From an uncultured Alphaproteobacteria bacterium (lineage in GTDB: Bacteria > Pseudomonadota > Alphaproteobacteria > RF32 > CAG-239): DNA of 64,000 nt. Positions 1-9,598 of the stretch are shown here, piece by piece (the stretch's first letter is position 1; the number at the start of each line of letters is the position of its first letter). The DNA lies in contig CAKQDU010000003.1 in assembly GCA_934229625.1 (NCBI GenBank), forward strand, positions 64,426-128,425, in the 5' to 3' direction. The notes under the pieces were generated by a model, which was given only the letters and a program-made list of their open reading frames with translations, ran no database searches and was not told the DNA's origin. Position numbers and translations under genes: made by a program.

Positions 1-31
1 GGCAGTAATCAAATTTTATAAAGGAACTGTT

Positions 32-1282
32 ATGAAAAAAATATCCGTAGCTGCTGCTGTGGCATTATTGGCAAGCGCTGGTAACGCTAATGCCGCTGGC
101 TATCAATTAAATGAATTTTCCGTAACCAATTTGGGGCGTTCTTTCGCCGGAATCGGTGTCGCCGGAGATGATTATTCGGCTTTGGGGTACAATCCTGCCG
201 GTATGACTTTAATGAAACGTTCGGGTATGCAAGCCGGTTTGACAATGACCGAGGTTGCTTCTAAAATCCGCGGTGTTGGTAATACGGCCGGTAAAAAAAC
301 AGATATGGATTTTATGATTCCGCTGCCAAGTATGTTTGGACAATATAATGTAAACGATAAATTGTTTTTAGGCGCCGGTATCTATGTTCCGTTTGGTTTG
401 GCTACACGCTATAGCCACGACAGCTTTGTGGCTGATGACAAAAACGGTGTTCGCCGTTCCGAATTAGAAGTTGTTGACGGCAATATTTCTGCCGCCTACA
501 AAGTTGATAATCATTTGTCATTGGGCGTGAGCGGTATTCTGCGCCATATTAAAGGTAAATTAACTTCTAATGTGAATAAAACTCTTCCTGTATATGGATA
601 TAGTAATTTAGCTTATAGTGATTTTAAGGTTTCCGGTTGGTCAACAACAATGAACTTAGGAGCTATGTATGAGTTTGATGAAGATACACGCGTTGGCTTG
701 TCTTATCGCTTTAAGAGTACTCAACGTACCACAGGTCACCATACCGTAACCGTTAATCCGCAATTTGCGTCGATGGCTCCAACGTTGAATAACCGTTTTG
801 ATTCTGTTTCTGACCCGGAACTTCCGGCAAGCTGGATTTTATCCGGTTATCATAAGTTTGGCGAAAAATGGGGTACAACCGCAACTGTTAAATATACGCA
901 ATGGCATCGTTTTTCTGTGTTCCCGGCTTATTCTTCCGGCAGCGGAAATCTGGATGTGCAATATCGTTGGAAAGACGCTTGGAACTTTGCTTTGGGACAA
1001 GATTATTATCTGAATGAAAATTGGACATTGCGCGCCGGCTTGGCTTGGGACCAATCTCCTGTTCCAAACAGCACATACCGCACGAATCGTATTCCTGACA
1101 CCGACCGTTTATGGACTTCTTTCGGTGTAAGTTATGCCACTGGAAACCATCAGTTTGACTTTGGTTATGCTCACTTGTTTATGATGCATGGTAAAGTTTG
1201 GAACTCTGCCGAAAACGATACCAATGCAAAATACAAGAGCTATAGCAATATGTATGCGTTGCAATATCAATATCGATTCTGA
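32..1282 (+). CDS. fadL: FadL/OmpP1-family outer-membrane long-chain fatty-acid / hydrophobic compound transporter
   Basis: Signal peptide MKKISVAAAVALLASAGNANA, then the FadL-type N-terminal hatch motif AAGYQLNEFSVTNLGRSFAG. C-terminal beta-barrel signature ending in ...YQYRF (terminal Phe). Shine-Dalgarno 'aggaact' upstream. Confidence 0.85.
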   Translation: MKKISVAAAVALLASAGNANAAGYQLNEFSVTNLGRSFAGIGVAGDDYSALGYNPAGMTLMKRSGMQAGLTMTEVASKIRGVGNTAGKKTDMDFMIPLPSMFGQYNVNDKLFLGAGIYVPFGLATRYSHDSFVADDKNGVRRSELEVVDGNISAAYKVDNHLSLGVSGILRHIKGKLTSNVNKTLPVYGYSNLAYSDFKVSGWSTTMNLGAMYEFDEDTRVGLSYRFKSTQRTTGHHTVTVNPQFASMAPTLNNRFDSVSDPELPASWILSGYHKFGEKWGTTATVKYTQWHRFSVFPAYSSGSGNLDVQYRWKDAWNFALGQDYYLNENWTLRAGLAWDQSPVPNSTYRTNRIPDTDRLWTSFGVSYATGNHQFDFGYAHLFMMHGKVWNSAENDTNAKYKSYSNMYALQYQYRF

Positions 1283-1308
1283 TATGAACTAATTATAATA
1301 TAAATTAT

Positions 1309-1346
1309 ATACCGGTTTCCAAAATGAGAAACCGGTATATTTTTGT
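1309..1346 (+). terminator. Rho-independent terminator after fadL
   Basis: Hairpin ataccggtttc-caaaatgag-aaaccggtat followed by atttttgtttg. Confidence 0.6.
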
Positions 1347-1406
1347 TTGTCATCAAAAAACATAAATATCAAGTGCGTTTATAAAATCGGTTTGCATTGA
1401 TATATT

Positions 1407-4271
1407 TTAGTGATGTTGTTTTGCATAGTCTGCCGCGGTTTTTCCATATTGGTCCTTTGTTTGGGCATCTATACCCAGCTCGGTCAGTATTTTCAGTAAT
1501 TCTGTATAATACGGAACTTTTATTTTAGCCGCATAGATTAAAACTGTTTCACCATTTCCATTTTGAGTATTGATGTCTACTCCGAATTGCAGCAGTTTTT
1601 GCGCCATGAGTTTAAGTGATGATAAGAGTTTATCTTGTTTCATCTCCTGATTATTTTTCAGGGCTTCGGCAATATAAAACAGGGCAATATTGCCGTTTTT
1701 ATCTCTTATTTCCATATCAACGCCATTTTGCAGTAAATGTTCGGCCAAGACAATGTTCAGATTTTGTACGGCAATCATCAGCAATGTTCTGCCGTCTGGC
1801 GCCATGTACGAGGTATCGGCTCCTTTGTCTAAAAGAAGTTTTGTTATAGCTGCTTTATCGGCTTTTAGTTCTGATAAATAATTGTGTTGCGGTAAATCGG
1901 CGCTGACACCATGTTCCAATAGATTTTTAACCAGTTCCGGATTGTTGTCATCAATGGCGTATTGTAATAATGTTTTTCCGGATGCGTCTTTTATATTTAA
2001 ATCAGGATTGAGCTTTTCTAATGTTTCCAGCCAAATAATATTGTCTTTGTTTTTTATTATCTGCAATGCCGGTTCTTCGCCATTTTTATTTTTAACATTG
2101 GGATTAAAACCTATTGATACCAATTTTTGAAATAATTGTAAATTTTTAGCTGCCATAACTTGCTGCCAATATTCGGGATGCTCGTTTAACCATTGCGAAG
2201 TTATATATGATAAGATGATGCCGGCAATTTTAGAATTTTCTATGTCTTGGAGATTGATTAAAGTCTGAAGCGGAACAATCCCTTGAGCATCTGGTTTATC
2301 CGCTCCTCCGGTTTTGTCAAACAAGCGTTTCAGCAAGTCATATCGTTCTGTTTCCGCCGCCAGCCGCCATAAAGTTTTATGCTGCTTACCGAATAGGCGA
2401 GAGGTGTCTATTTTTTTTGCCATGATTTTTTTGAAAATTTTGGGAGGAACCGGATTTTCTAAGACAAACGATACGGCGCTTTCATTATTATTGTCTGTTA
2501 AATTGATGTCGGCTTTGAGATTTAATAATTTTTCCGTGAGTTCATAGTTTTGTGTTTTTAGGGCGTTCAGCAACAAAAAGTTACCGGCTGCGTCTGGTTT
2601 GTTGATATCCAAACCGGCGTCAATCAGCATGTTTATAATATTTTCATCGCAATGCAAATCAACGGCGTAAAATAATAAATTTTTACCATCTGGCAATAAA
2701 ATATTGAAATCGGCATGATATTTTTGCAGTAGCTTCAATAGTTGCAAATTGTTGTTGCGAATGCTCCATATTACAGGATTTTCTCCGTTTTTATCGGTAA
2801 AATTTATATCCGCACCTGCTTTTAAGAGTTCTTCCAAAATTTCTGGAGCAACGTCATCTTTAATAGATTTGAAAAATATATTTTTTTCGGATTGGATATC
2901 TGCTTTGTGCAGTAGCAAAAATTTAACCATTTCAGGATTATTTAAGCGTATTGCTTCTTGCAACGCTGTACCGCCTCGCGGATTTTCCGCGTTTATTTGC
3001 TGAGGAGCCGCAAATTTTTGCAAGATTTCAAGCGGCGCAGACAAATCAACGGCATAACTCAATGGTGTAAGTCCAAAAAATAAGCGGCGGTTGTAGTCGG
3101 CATATTTTGCCTTGCTTTCACGTTTATATACGGATATATCTTCCAAAGATGCTCCGTACATTTTCATATCTTTTTCCAAATTTTGCAGAATGTTCATATC
3201 TTCGCTGTTCAATCCCAGCCATAAAACCGGATACCAGTAGGATTTTTTTGAAGTGTATTTGCTGATTTGTCCCAAACGATTGGCTGCGGCTATATCGCGG
3301 AGTTCGGTGTCTTGCTCAATATTTATAACGGCAAGCTCAATACCATCAACATAATAGCTGACACTTTTAAGCTCTCCGCCTTGTTTATAAGAACGGCTGA
3401 TACCTTCTAATTTATCATTTTTATAAGTTTCGGCTTGCTGACGTTTACCGTTTTTATAATATTTTAAGCTCATTCCGTTTTTGGCATTGTTTCTATATTC
3501 TGCCTTGTTGGCAATTTTTTTATCAGGATAATAAGCTATTCCCGTGCCGTTTTTCATATCATCAGAGTAGGGGATTTCTATAACGCTTCCGTCGTTGATA
3601 AAATGTCTGGAAATACCATTTTTTTTGCCGTCAACATAATGAATTTCATCGGTTTGATATTCTTTATTATATATTTTTGTTATTCCGTTCAAAACTCCGT
3701 TCACATAATTGTTTTCTTCAGCCAAAGAATTGCCGGAAATAATATGTTCAACACCGTTTTTGACATCGTCTTTAAAATGTTCAATTTTAGTTCTGTTGCC
3801 GTTTTCATCAAAATGAGTTGTTTCGCCATTTTTTTTGCCATTTAGATAATGATTTTGAATTTTTGGTTTTCCATTTTCATAAAATATTGTTTCTTCGCCG
3901 TTTAATATGTTTTCTTTATATGTTTTTTTGTGTTTTGGATTACCGTTTTCATAAAAATATATTTCTTCACCATCTTTTTTGCCTTTGCGATAGGTGATTT
4001 CAAATTCTAGTTTTCCGTCTTCATATTTTGAAGTGATAACACCATTTCGCAGGCCGTTACGATAAAAATATGTTATATTGCGCCCTTCGTCATCTTTTTT
4101 GCGGACGGCGCCTGAAAATAGATTTCCGTCTTTGTCATGCACAATTTCCAGATTATCTTTATCCGAAAAAGAAAGTTCGCCGGCGTCAGTCAAAAGAATT
4201 TCATTGTCTTCGGCGCGCGCAGGTTGAACAATAGATATAATCATCGGCAAAATAAAATAACAAAATTTCAT
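1407..4271 (-). CDS. Secreted MORN_2 (YwqK-like) repeat plus ankyrin-repeat protein, 954 aa
   Basis: N-terminal signal peptide MKFCYFILPMIISIVQPARA. Repeated ~23-aa units (YFYRNGLRNGVITSKYEDGKLEFEITYRKGKKDGEEIYFYENGNPK...) are typical of MORN variant 2. The C-terminal half has many ankyrin repeats (…DINxxDxxGxTLLxxAxxxxNxxxVxxLLxxGAD…). Confidence 0.8.
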   Translation of the reverse strand: MKFCYFILPMIISIVQPARAEDNEILLTDAGELSFSDKDNLEIVHDKDGNLFSGAVRKKDDEGRNITYFYRNGLRNGVITSKYEDGKLEFEITYRKGKKDGEEIYFYENGNPKHKKTYKENILNGEETIFYENGKPKIQNHYLNGKKNGETTHFDENGNRTKIEHFKDDVKNGVEHIISGNSLAEENNYVNGVLNGITKIYNKEYQTDEIHYVDGKKNGISRHFINDGSVIEIPYSDDMKNGTGIAYYPDKKIANKAEYRNNAKNGMSLKYYKNGKRQQAETYKNDKLEGISRSYKQGGELKSVSYYVDGIELAVINIEQDTELRDIAAANRLGQISKYTSKKSYWYPVLWLGLNSEDMNILQNLEKDMKMYGASLEDISVYKRESKAKYADYNRRLFFGLTPLSYAVDLSAPLEILQKFAAPQQINAENPRGGTALQEAIRLNNPEMVKFLLLHKADIQSEKNIFFKSIKDDVAPEILEELLKAGADINFTDKNGENPVIWSIRNNNLQLLKLLQKYHADFNILLPDGKNLLFYAVDLHCDENIINMLIDAGLDINKPDAAGNFLLLNALKTQNYELTEKLLNLKADINLTDNNNESAVSFVLENPVPPKIFKKIMAKKIDTSRLFGKQHKTLWRLAAETERYDLLKRLFDKTGGADKPDAQGIVPLQTLINLQDIENSKIAGIILSYITSQWLNEHPEYWQQVMAAKNLQLFQKLVSIGFNPNVKNKNGEEPALQIIKNKDNIIWLETLEKLNPDLNIKDASGKTLLQYAIDDNNPELVKNLLEHGVSADLPQHNYLSELKADKAAITKLLLDKGADTSYMAPDGRTLLMIAVQNLNIVLAEHLLQNGVDMEIRDKNGNIALFYIAEALKNNQEMKQDKLLSSLKLMAQKLLQFGVDINTQNGNGETVLIYAAKIKVPYYTELLKILTELGIDAQTKDQYGKTAADYAKQHH

Positions 4272-4420
4272 AAACAGCTCCTAAACAGCATTATCTCGTT
4301 GAAACAGTAACATCTTGAAGTCTAAAAATCAACGGAAAAAGCAATTTTCGTAAAACAAAAAAACTTCCGGCATTTGAAAGCGGGAAGTTTTGTATCTTGA
4401 AGATAATTTAATTAAAAATT

Positions 4421-4700
4421 TCTGTCGTGTTTCACAACAAAACAGAAATACCTAAATGCAAAACAAAAATGAGTTTTATTTTAAGATATGTCTGGACTGT
4501 GTTTCACAACAAATCCTAAACTCAGATTTTAAAATTAAAAAATAAGTTTAATTAAATTTATCTGTAGAATTTCATTTAGCAACCATACCGCGTTTCACAA
4601 CGAAGTATGGTCAAAACATGGAACTTACCAATTTTGCTTAAAAGCATATATACAACAAATTGGTAATTGCGAATTATCATGACTTCATTTCACAATGTAG
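4421..4700. repeat. Array of four degenerate 70-95-bp units, each carrying a GTTTCACAAC core
   Basis: Cores at 4431, 4501, 4593 and 4688: tctgtcgtgtttcacaacaa, tctggactgtgtttcacaacaa, ccataccgcgtttcacaacgaagtatgg (core flanked by a ccatac/gtatgg inverted repeat), cattcacaatg. The array lies in the intergenic region upstream of the MORN/ankyrin gene and downstream of cspA. Confidence 0.55.
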
Positions 4701-4744
4701 TGATGAACAACAGATTCATTAAACAAAATAAATAAATAAAAATT

Positions 4745-4777
4745 AAAAAGCGGTTTATATGTAGCATGCCGCTTTTT
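4745..4777 (-). terminator. Bidirectional rho-independent terminator downstream of cspA
   Basis: aaaaagcgg-tttatatgtagcat-gccgcttttt. A/T tracts on both sides. Confidence 0.55.
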
Positions 4778-4799
4778 AATTGTCAAGTTTTTTTATTTT

Positions 4800-5006
4800 T
4801 TAGCTTAATATTTCGATATTTCCGGCGGCAATTCTTCCTCGGTCATCATATAATTTATAGCCGACTTTTTGACCTTCGTATAAGCGGCGCATTCCGATTT
4901 CTTCTAATTTTGTGATATGTACAAAAACATCTTTTCCTCCAACAGAAGGTTGAATAAAACCATAACCTTTGCGAGTGTTAAACCATTTTACAGTTCCGGT
5001 AGACAT
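4800..5006 (-). CDS. cspA: Cold-shock protein, CspA family
   Basis: MSTGTVKWFNTRKGYGFIQP...: canonical cold-shock domain with RNP1/RNP2 motifs. 68 aa. Confidence 0.92.
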   Translation of the reverse strand: MSTGTVKWFNTRKGYGFIQPSVGGKDVFVHITKLEEIGMRRLYEGQKVGYKLYDDRGRIAAGNIEILS

Positions 5007-5102
5007 ATTTACTCCTTAATATTTTTTGTTAAATTTTGTAAATTTATTTACGGAAATGTAGTTAATCACTTTTTGCGGTTATTCAAGGTGCGAAAAATAC
5101 AT

Positions 5103-5561
5103 TTATGCCGGAAAGTAGATATTTTTTTCAATAAGTTGCATTTGTTCGTTTAAAAAGGCCATATCTTCAGCTTTGCGATTTGCGGTTTTGGCGTATTGCT
5201 GCATAATTTTGAAAATTGGTTCAGCATATTTGCTTTCATTTTCGGCAATGCGCCGCAAATAAAAAACAGCGGCCGTAAAAATTTCGGTTTTTTCGGAAAA
5301 AAGCTGACGAGCCACATCAATATACGGAGGATAATCGGTAATCTGAGGTGCTGATTTTTGATTTTCTAAATAGTTTTTTTGTAAAATTTCAGCTTGCGAA
5401 GCGGAAATACGATGTTGTTTATTTTTTTCATTATCACCGACAATAATATTCCAGACACTTTGTAAAAAAGATTTTTTCACCATAATTTTTCTCCTTAACT
5501 TGTAATGTAGCATAGATTTTATAAAAGTGAAGACTTTTTTAACAAAAGATGGGGTCAACAT
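5103..5561 (-). CDS. Hypothetical protein
   Basis: The ORF-track start at 5573 is a TTG. The nearest ATG gives MLTPSFVKKVF.... No recognisable domain. Confidence 0.4.
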   Translation of the reverse strand: MLTPSFVKKVFTFIKSMLHYKLRRKIMVKKSFLQSVWNIIVGDNEKNKQHRISASQAEILQKNYLENQKSAPQITDYPPYIDVARQLFSEKTEIFTAAVFYLRRIAENESKYAEPIFKIMQQYAKTANRKAEDMAFLNEQMQLIEKNIYFPA

Positions 5562-5571
5562 ATATGTTGAC
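5554..5571. promoter_or_regulatory. Perfect 18-bp palindrome GTCAACATATATGTTGAC (operator-like)
   Basis: Read directly. It lies in the divergent intergenic region, overlaps the 5' end of ORF 5103..5561 (-), and contains a TTGACA hexamer. Confidence 0.4.
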
Positions 5572-5704
5572 AAATTATCTTAATTATGTCAAAATACTTG
5601 TAAATCTATCTTAATTTGTGCGGAGTAACGGTCATGAGTGATGAATTTAAAATGAAAAAAGCTGAAGCATATGAAATAAACAGCCTCCAAAAAAACCGGA
5701 TGAG

Positions 5705-6874
5705 ATGAAAAGATGGATACAACATACACCTCAAGAAATAAAAAAACAACTTACTGAAAAAGGTGATTTGTTTACAACCCTTTCAAGTTATGCCTATAGC
5801 GCAACTCAAAAACATGTAGATCCAGAAAGTGAGATGAATCCGGCAAATTATGCTTCTTTTATGATTGCAAAATTGCTTAAAGATTATCGAAATCCTGAAA
5901 ATAAAGCCAAAATGGAAGAAGCCGGTATTGATGATAAATTTATTAAAACTCTAATCCAAGAAGTTGGCTACTCTAATCTGGATAATAGCAACAATCCTAT
6001 TGCAACACACGGCGTTATTGCTGCGGCACTCAAGAATCAGATACACGAAGTCGAAAATTATTTTGAAAAAGAAAAAATACGTGAAAATAACTTAAAAACT
6101 GCAGCTACCATAAGTGAAGAACTTGGTAAAACAGCAGAAAAACGATGGACATGTGGGTATGCAAAACCGCTGGTAGAAATTGAAGAAATAGCAAATAAAT
6201 ATGGTATCATGCCACGTGAAATAGGCGAACATATTGATTGTGCCGTGTCTGGAAAGGATTTTAAACCTTATCAAAATAAACCTGATGAGCTTAATAAAGC
6301 GTTTAAGGAATTATATTCTTGTGGTAAAGATCAATTGAATGCTATGGATTATTTTAACCGTGAACGTAAGTTTAACGCCACATTCAAAGAAACAATGGAT
6401 AATTATAATTCCGGACTTGATAGTTATAGGGATGAGCTTCTACAAAAATTAAAACACTTAGGCATCTCTCCTGATGAAGCAAAGATGGCTCTCTACGCGC
6501 AAAAAGACAAAGAAAGAGAAGCCATGATGGCTGCCGAAAAACAAAAAGAAATTAATAGAAAAGCAGTTATTGAAGCCAAAGAAAAACAGGCACAAGCCGA
6601 GAAAAAAGCTGAACAAGAGCGTTCGGCCGCCGTACAAATTGGCGATTTAATAGTAATATACGACCCTAATAATAAAAATGAAGAAGGACGTTATAATAAT
6701 TTTCGCTATTATGCTCGCAATGACGACGGCTCTTTACATTCTGCGTCATTGGACGAAGCTTGCAAACTTGCCAAAACACCAATTCCTTATAAACACGAGG
6801 CAATTAAAACCGGAGAAAAAATTGACAACGTTGCTCTCTTAAAATCACAAATCAATAAAGGTGCAGAACGTTAA
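5705..6874 (+). CDS. Hypothetical protein, K/E-rich (coiled-coil-like), 389 aa
   Basis: Long ORF with no recognisable catalytic motif. Charged repetitive stretch KEREAMMAAEKQKEINRKAVIEAKEKQAQAEKKAEQER. Confidence 0.45.
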   Translation: MKRWIQHTPQEIKKQLTEKGDLFTTLSSYAYSATQKHVDPESEMNPANYASFMIAKLLKDYRNPENKAKMEEAGIDDKFIKTLIQEVGYSNLDNSNNPIATHGVIAAALKNQIHEVENYFEKEKIRENNLKTAATISEELGKTAEKRWTCGYAKPLVEIEEIANKYGIMPREIGEHIDCAVSGKDFKPYQNKPDELNKAFKELYSCGKDQLNAMDYFNRERKFNATFKETMDNYNSGLDSYRDELLQKLKHLGISPDEAKMALYAQKDKEREAMMAAEKQKEINRKAVIEAKEKQAQAEKKAEQERSAAVQIGDLIVIYDPNNKNEEGRYNNFRYYARNDDGSLHSASLDEACKLAKTPIPYKHEAIKTGEKIDNVALLKSQINKGAER

Positions 6875-7386
6875 TGAACATTCAAGACAAATTAAATGAG
6901 TTGCGCAAAATCGTGGGACGGAAAACATCTGCTGAAAATAATGCTAATGCAGATTTATCGAAGGTGCGTCAAGAGGATAAAACTGAAAGTGATGCCTCAA
7001 ACAATGTAATTAAGCCTATAGAAATCCCTTGCAAAAATTATACTGATGAAAATGGACATTTTGCATATATTGATGTCCAAACAGATAAGGTTGTGCATGT
7101 GAACTTGGAAAGCGAAAAAATTTATACTGAAGATGAAGTTAATCAATTAAGCTTAAAACAAATTACAGACACTTTATCGGATGATTATAAAGAACTGACA
7201 TGGCAAGATGTTGTAAATATTGATACTTTGTATGATAAATTTAACAGACCTGCATTTACATTGCAAGAAGTTGAAGATGCCTTAAAGAAAAAAAATAATC
7301 GTACAAATACAAATGATGAAACTACAAACAGTGGGGACACAACAACCGAAGAAAAACTTATTAGTCAATGGGGACTGCCTTTATAA
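6874..7386 (+). CDS. Hypothetical protein, 170 aa
   Basis: ORF translationally coupled to the previous one (ATGA overlap). No recognisable domain. Confidence 0.4.
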   Translation: MNIQDKLNELRKIVGRKTSAENNANADLSKVRQEDKTESDASNNVIKPIEIPCKNYTDENGHFAYIDVQTDKVVHVNLESEKIYTEDEVNQLSLKQITDTLSDDYKELTWQDVVNIDTLYDKFNRPAFTLQEVEDALKKKNNRTNTNDETTNSGDTTTEEKLISQWGLPL

Positions 7387-7475
7387 AGTTGATAAATTTG
7401 TGACGAATCTTTTTTGTTATAAACATCAATTTTATGCTTTTATTTTACAATGACGTAATTTTTTAACAAAAGTAT

Positions 7476-7504
7476 TTGACAAGCAAAAAAAATTGTCTTA
7501 TTAC
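7476..7504 (+). promoter_or_regulatory. Sigma70-like promoter for tRNA-Gln (TTGACA-17-TATTAC)
   Basis: ttgaca agcaaaaaaaattgtct tattac, ending 23 nt before the tRNA 5' end. Confidence 0.5.
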
Positions 7505-7527
7505 TAGCGTGTGTTTTTGAAGACGAT

Positions 7528-7601
7528 TGCTTCATCGTCTAATGGTAGGACAGCGGATTCTGACTCCGTCAATCTTGGTTCGAGTCCAGGTGAAGCAGCC
7601 A
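7528..7601 (+). tRNA. tRNA-Gln (anticodon CUG)
   Basis: Cloverleaf folded by hand. The U1:A72-type acceptor (tgcttca / tgaagca) matches the E. coli tRNA-Gln pattern. Anticodon loop ttCTGac, T-loop cttgg-ttcgagt-ccagg, discriminator G, encoded CCA. Confidence 0.85.
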
Positions 7602-7650
7602 ATTTGATAATATCTCCCTGATTTTTGGGAGATTTTTTTTGTAATTTTTC
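7585..7650 (+). repeat. attL: direct repeat covering the tRNA-Gln 3' end plus downstream sequence
   Basis: A 66-bp segment (the last 17 nt of tRNA-Gln plus its terminator region) recurs at 18646..18710. The only differences are 2 mismatches/indels in the T-runs. Confidence 0.85.
7613..7640 (+). terminator. Rho-independent terminator after tRNA-Gln
   Basis: tctccc-tgattttt-gggaga followed by T8. Confidence 0.65.
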
Positions 7651-7773
7651 TAAAAAACAGCAAAAAAACGGCTGATACACTATAGTGATACACCAAAGGA
7701 ATTTTCAGCACTTCCCCCTGTTTTATGTTTTTATGAATCACCGCAATACTTATCCACAGAAAAGGATTGCATT

Positions 7774-9543
7774 TTGAACGGTCATTCGGGATTATATTTA
7801 AGAGGCTCAAACTATTATTTCAGAGGCAAGATTCCAACATATCTGCATTATCTTGCTCCTACAAAATATATCTTACATTCTCTAAAAACTAACAATTACC
7901 GGAAAGCAGTGATTGAATGTCGCAAAGAAAGTTATAAACTGGGCATAGAAATAGAACTTTTAGGGAATATTGATATGCTTATCAAAAGTGGACGAATTGT
8001 TTTAGATAAGTCGGACATAGACAATATAATCATTTATAAACTGAATCAACTTACCGAAGATTTAGAAAACAATTATGATGATATTATGCTAAAACAATAT
8101 GATAAGAATAAAACGCTCGTTTTCAAAGATATTAAAGATGATGAACTAACGCAAAATAAAAAAGACGCGCAAAATATTGAAGGTGTCTTTAAAGAATATA
8201 TTACAGACTTAAAGGACAGACCTGGTACCCACCATAATGTTATTAAGCAAATCAATAAGATACTTAAAGACAATATATCTCTGATGAACGATATTTCCGA
8301 AATAAAAAGTACGCAAAAAGAATTATATAGTGCTATGCGTGGTGTCGACAAATACATCAATGATATGTTTAACTGTATGGAAAATGATGCCAATCAAAAC
8401 ACTTGGACACATCCGCGCGTAAAAGATTGTATTGCCATTATGAATGCGCAAAAAAGTGAACAATGCAAAAATAACGCCTTTAAAACACCTTGGAAAGATG
8501 TGTTTGCCGAATATTTACTGACAAAAAAGCGGCAATCAATCAAACAATTAAATGAGAAAAGCCTGAAGAAAGAAGAAACTTGCATTGATACTTGTTTTAA
8601 ACTTGTAAAGAAAAGTTATGTTGAAGACTTGAATTACAAAGATTGCAAAAAGGTTTCCAGAGACATTTTTAATCTTCCGAAAAAATGGGAAGAAAAGAGC
8701 CTCAAAAAAGGCATATCATTAGAGGAGATGTTAGCACAAGAAAATGAAGACCACATTTCATATTCCACCGCCAAAGGATACTTAATAATATTCCGAAACT
8801 TTTTAATTTATTGCAAGAAAAATCACTATATTGATACAGTATTATATGAAGAAGTTGATATTCCAAAGCCTAAAGATAAGCATTGCAGAGCCGGATTTAG
8901 CGAAAATGAACTAATTAAAATATTTAACCCTAAAACATATCCGAAAAGGATTAGTATTGATAGGTTCCATAATTTCTACATTCCGTTAATAGCCCTTTAT
9001 TCCGGTATGAGATTGGGAGAAATCTGTCAACTCTATGTTTCTGATGTGGTAAAATACGGCAAAAATCTATACTATTTTAATATTACAGATGAAAGAAAAG
9101 ACCAACATTTAAAAACAAAGCAATCAAAACGAATCGTTCCAGTACATCCGATGCTTTTGAGTATGGGATTTTTAGATTTAATAAAACAAGCCAAAGAAAA
9201 GCAAGAAGAACGGATATTCTATAAACTGAAATACTCTGTCAAGAATCACTATGTCAATGCTGTCAGCAACTGGTTTCAATATTATAGCAAGAAGATTGGA
9301 ATTGATGACCCTGACAAAGTATTTCACAGTTTTAGGCATACGGCAAAACAACATTTAAGGGATTGTGGCGTTCCGCAGGAATATCAAAATGCCCTTTGCG
9401 GGTGGAAAGGTACCGACACCGGAGAAACCTCATACGGTGGAAATGTCCCGTTTGAAAAACTATATGAGTATATTTCTATGCTACAATATCCATTTTTAGA
9501 AAAGACACTAAAGAAATTAAAGAAACAGAATAAAATCAAATAA
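7774..9543 (+). CDS. int: Tyrosine recombinase / phage-type integrase
   Basis: N-terminal arm-binding-type motif GLYLRGSNYYFRGKIP. C-terminal catalytic region with R...HSFRHT...Y (RHRY tetrad). Confidence 0.85.
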   Translation: MNGHSGLYLRGSNYYFRGKIPTYLHYLAPTKYILHSLKTNNYRKAVIECRKESYKLGIEIELLGNIDMLIKSGRIVLDKSDIDNIIIYKLNQLTEDLENNYDDIMLKQYDKNKTLVFKDIKDDELTQNKKDAQNIEGVFKEYITDLKDRPGTHHNVIKQINKILKDNISLMNDISEIKSTQKELYSAMRGVDKYINDMFNCMENDANQNTWTHPRVKDCIAIMNAQKSEQCKNNAFKTPWKDVFAEYLLTKKRQSIKQLNEKSLKKEETCIDTCFKLVKKSYVEDLNYKDCKKVSRDIFNLPKKWEEKSLKKGISLEEMLAQENEDHISYSTAKGYLIIFRNFLIYCKKNHYIDTVLYEEVDIPKPKDKHCRAGFSENELIKIFNPKTYPKRISIDRFHNFYIPLIALYSGMRLGEICQLYVSDVVKYGKNLYYFNITDERKDQHLKTKQSKRIVPVHPMLLSMGFLDLIKQAKEKQEERIFYKLKYSVKNHYVNAVSNWFQYYSKKIGIDDPDKVFHSFRHTAKQHLRDCGVPQEYQNALCGWKGTDTGETSYGGNVPFEKLYEYISMLQYPFLEKTLKKLKKQNKIK

Positions 9544-9598
9544 TAATTTATTGATTGTTCAGGATTAAAATTCTTTAAGGAAGAAATTTTCCCAAATA

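Noticed and set aside
798-1076. Three short ORFs (798..1013 +, 839..1054 -, 888..1076 -) inside fadL
   Set aside because: They lie entirely within, and out of frame with or antisense to, a well-supported OMP gene. No ribosome-binding site or domain.
4421-4700. Possible CRISPR array (short direct repeats with spacers)
   Set aside because: The repeat core is only ~10-14 bp, spacing is irregular (70/92/95 bp), the units are degenerate and there are no cas genes. It is better read as regulatory or REP-like repeats.
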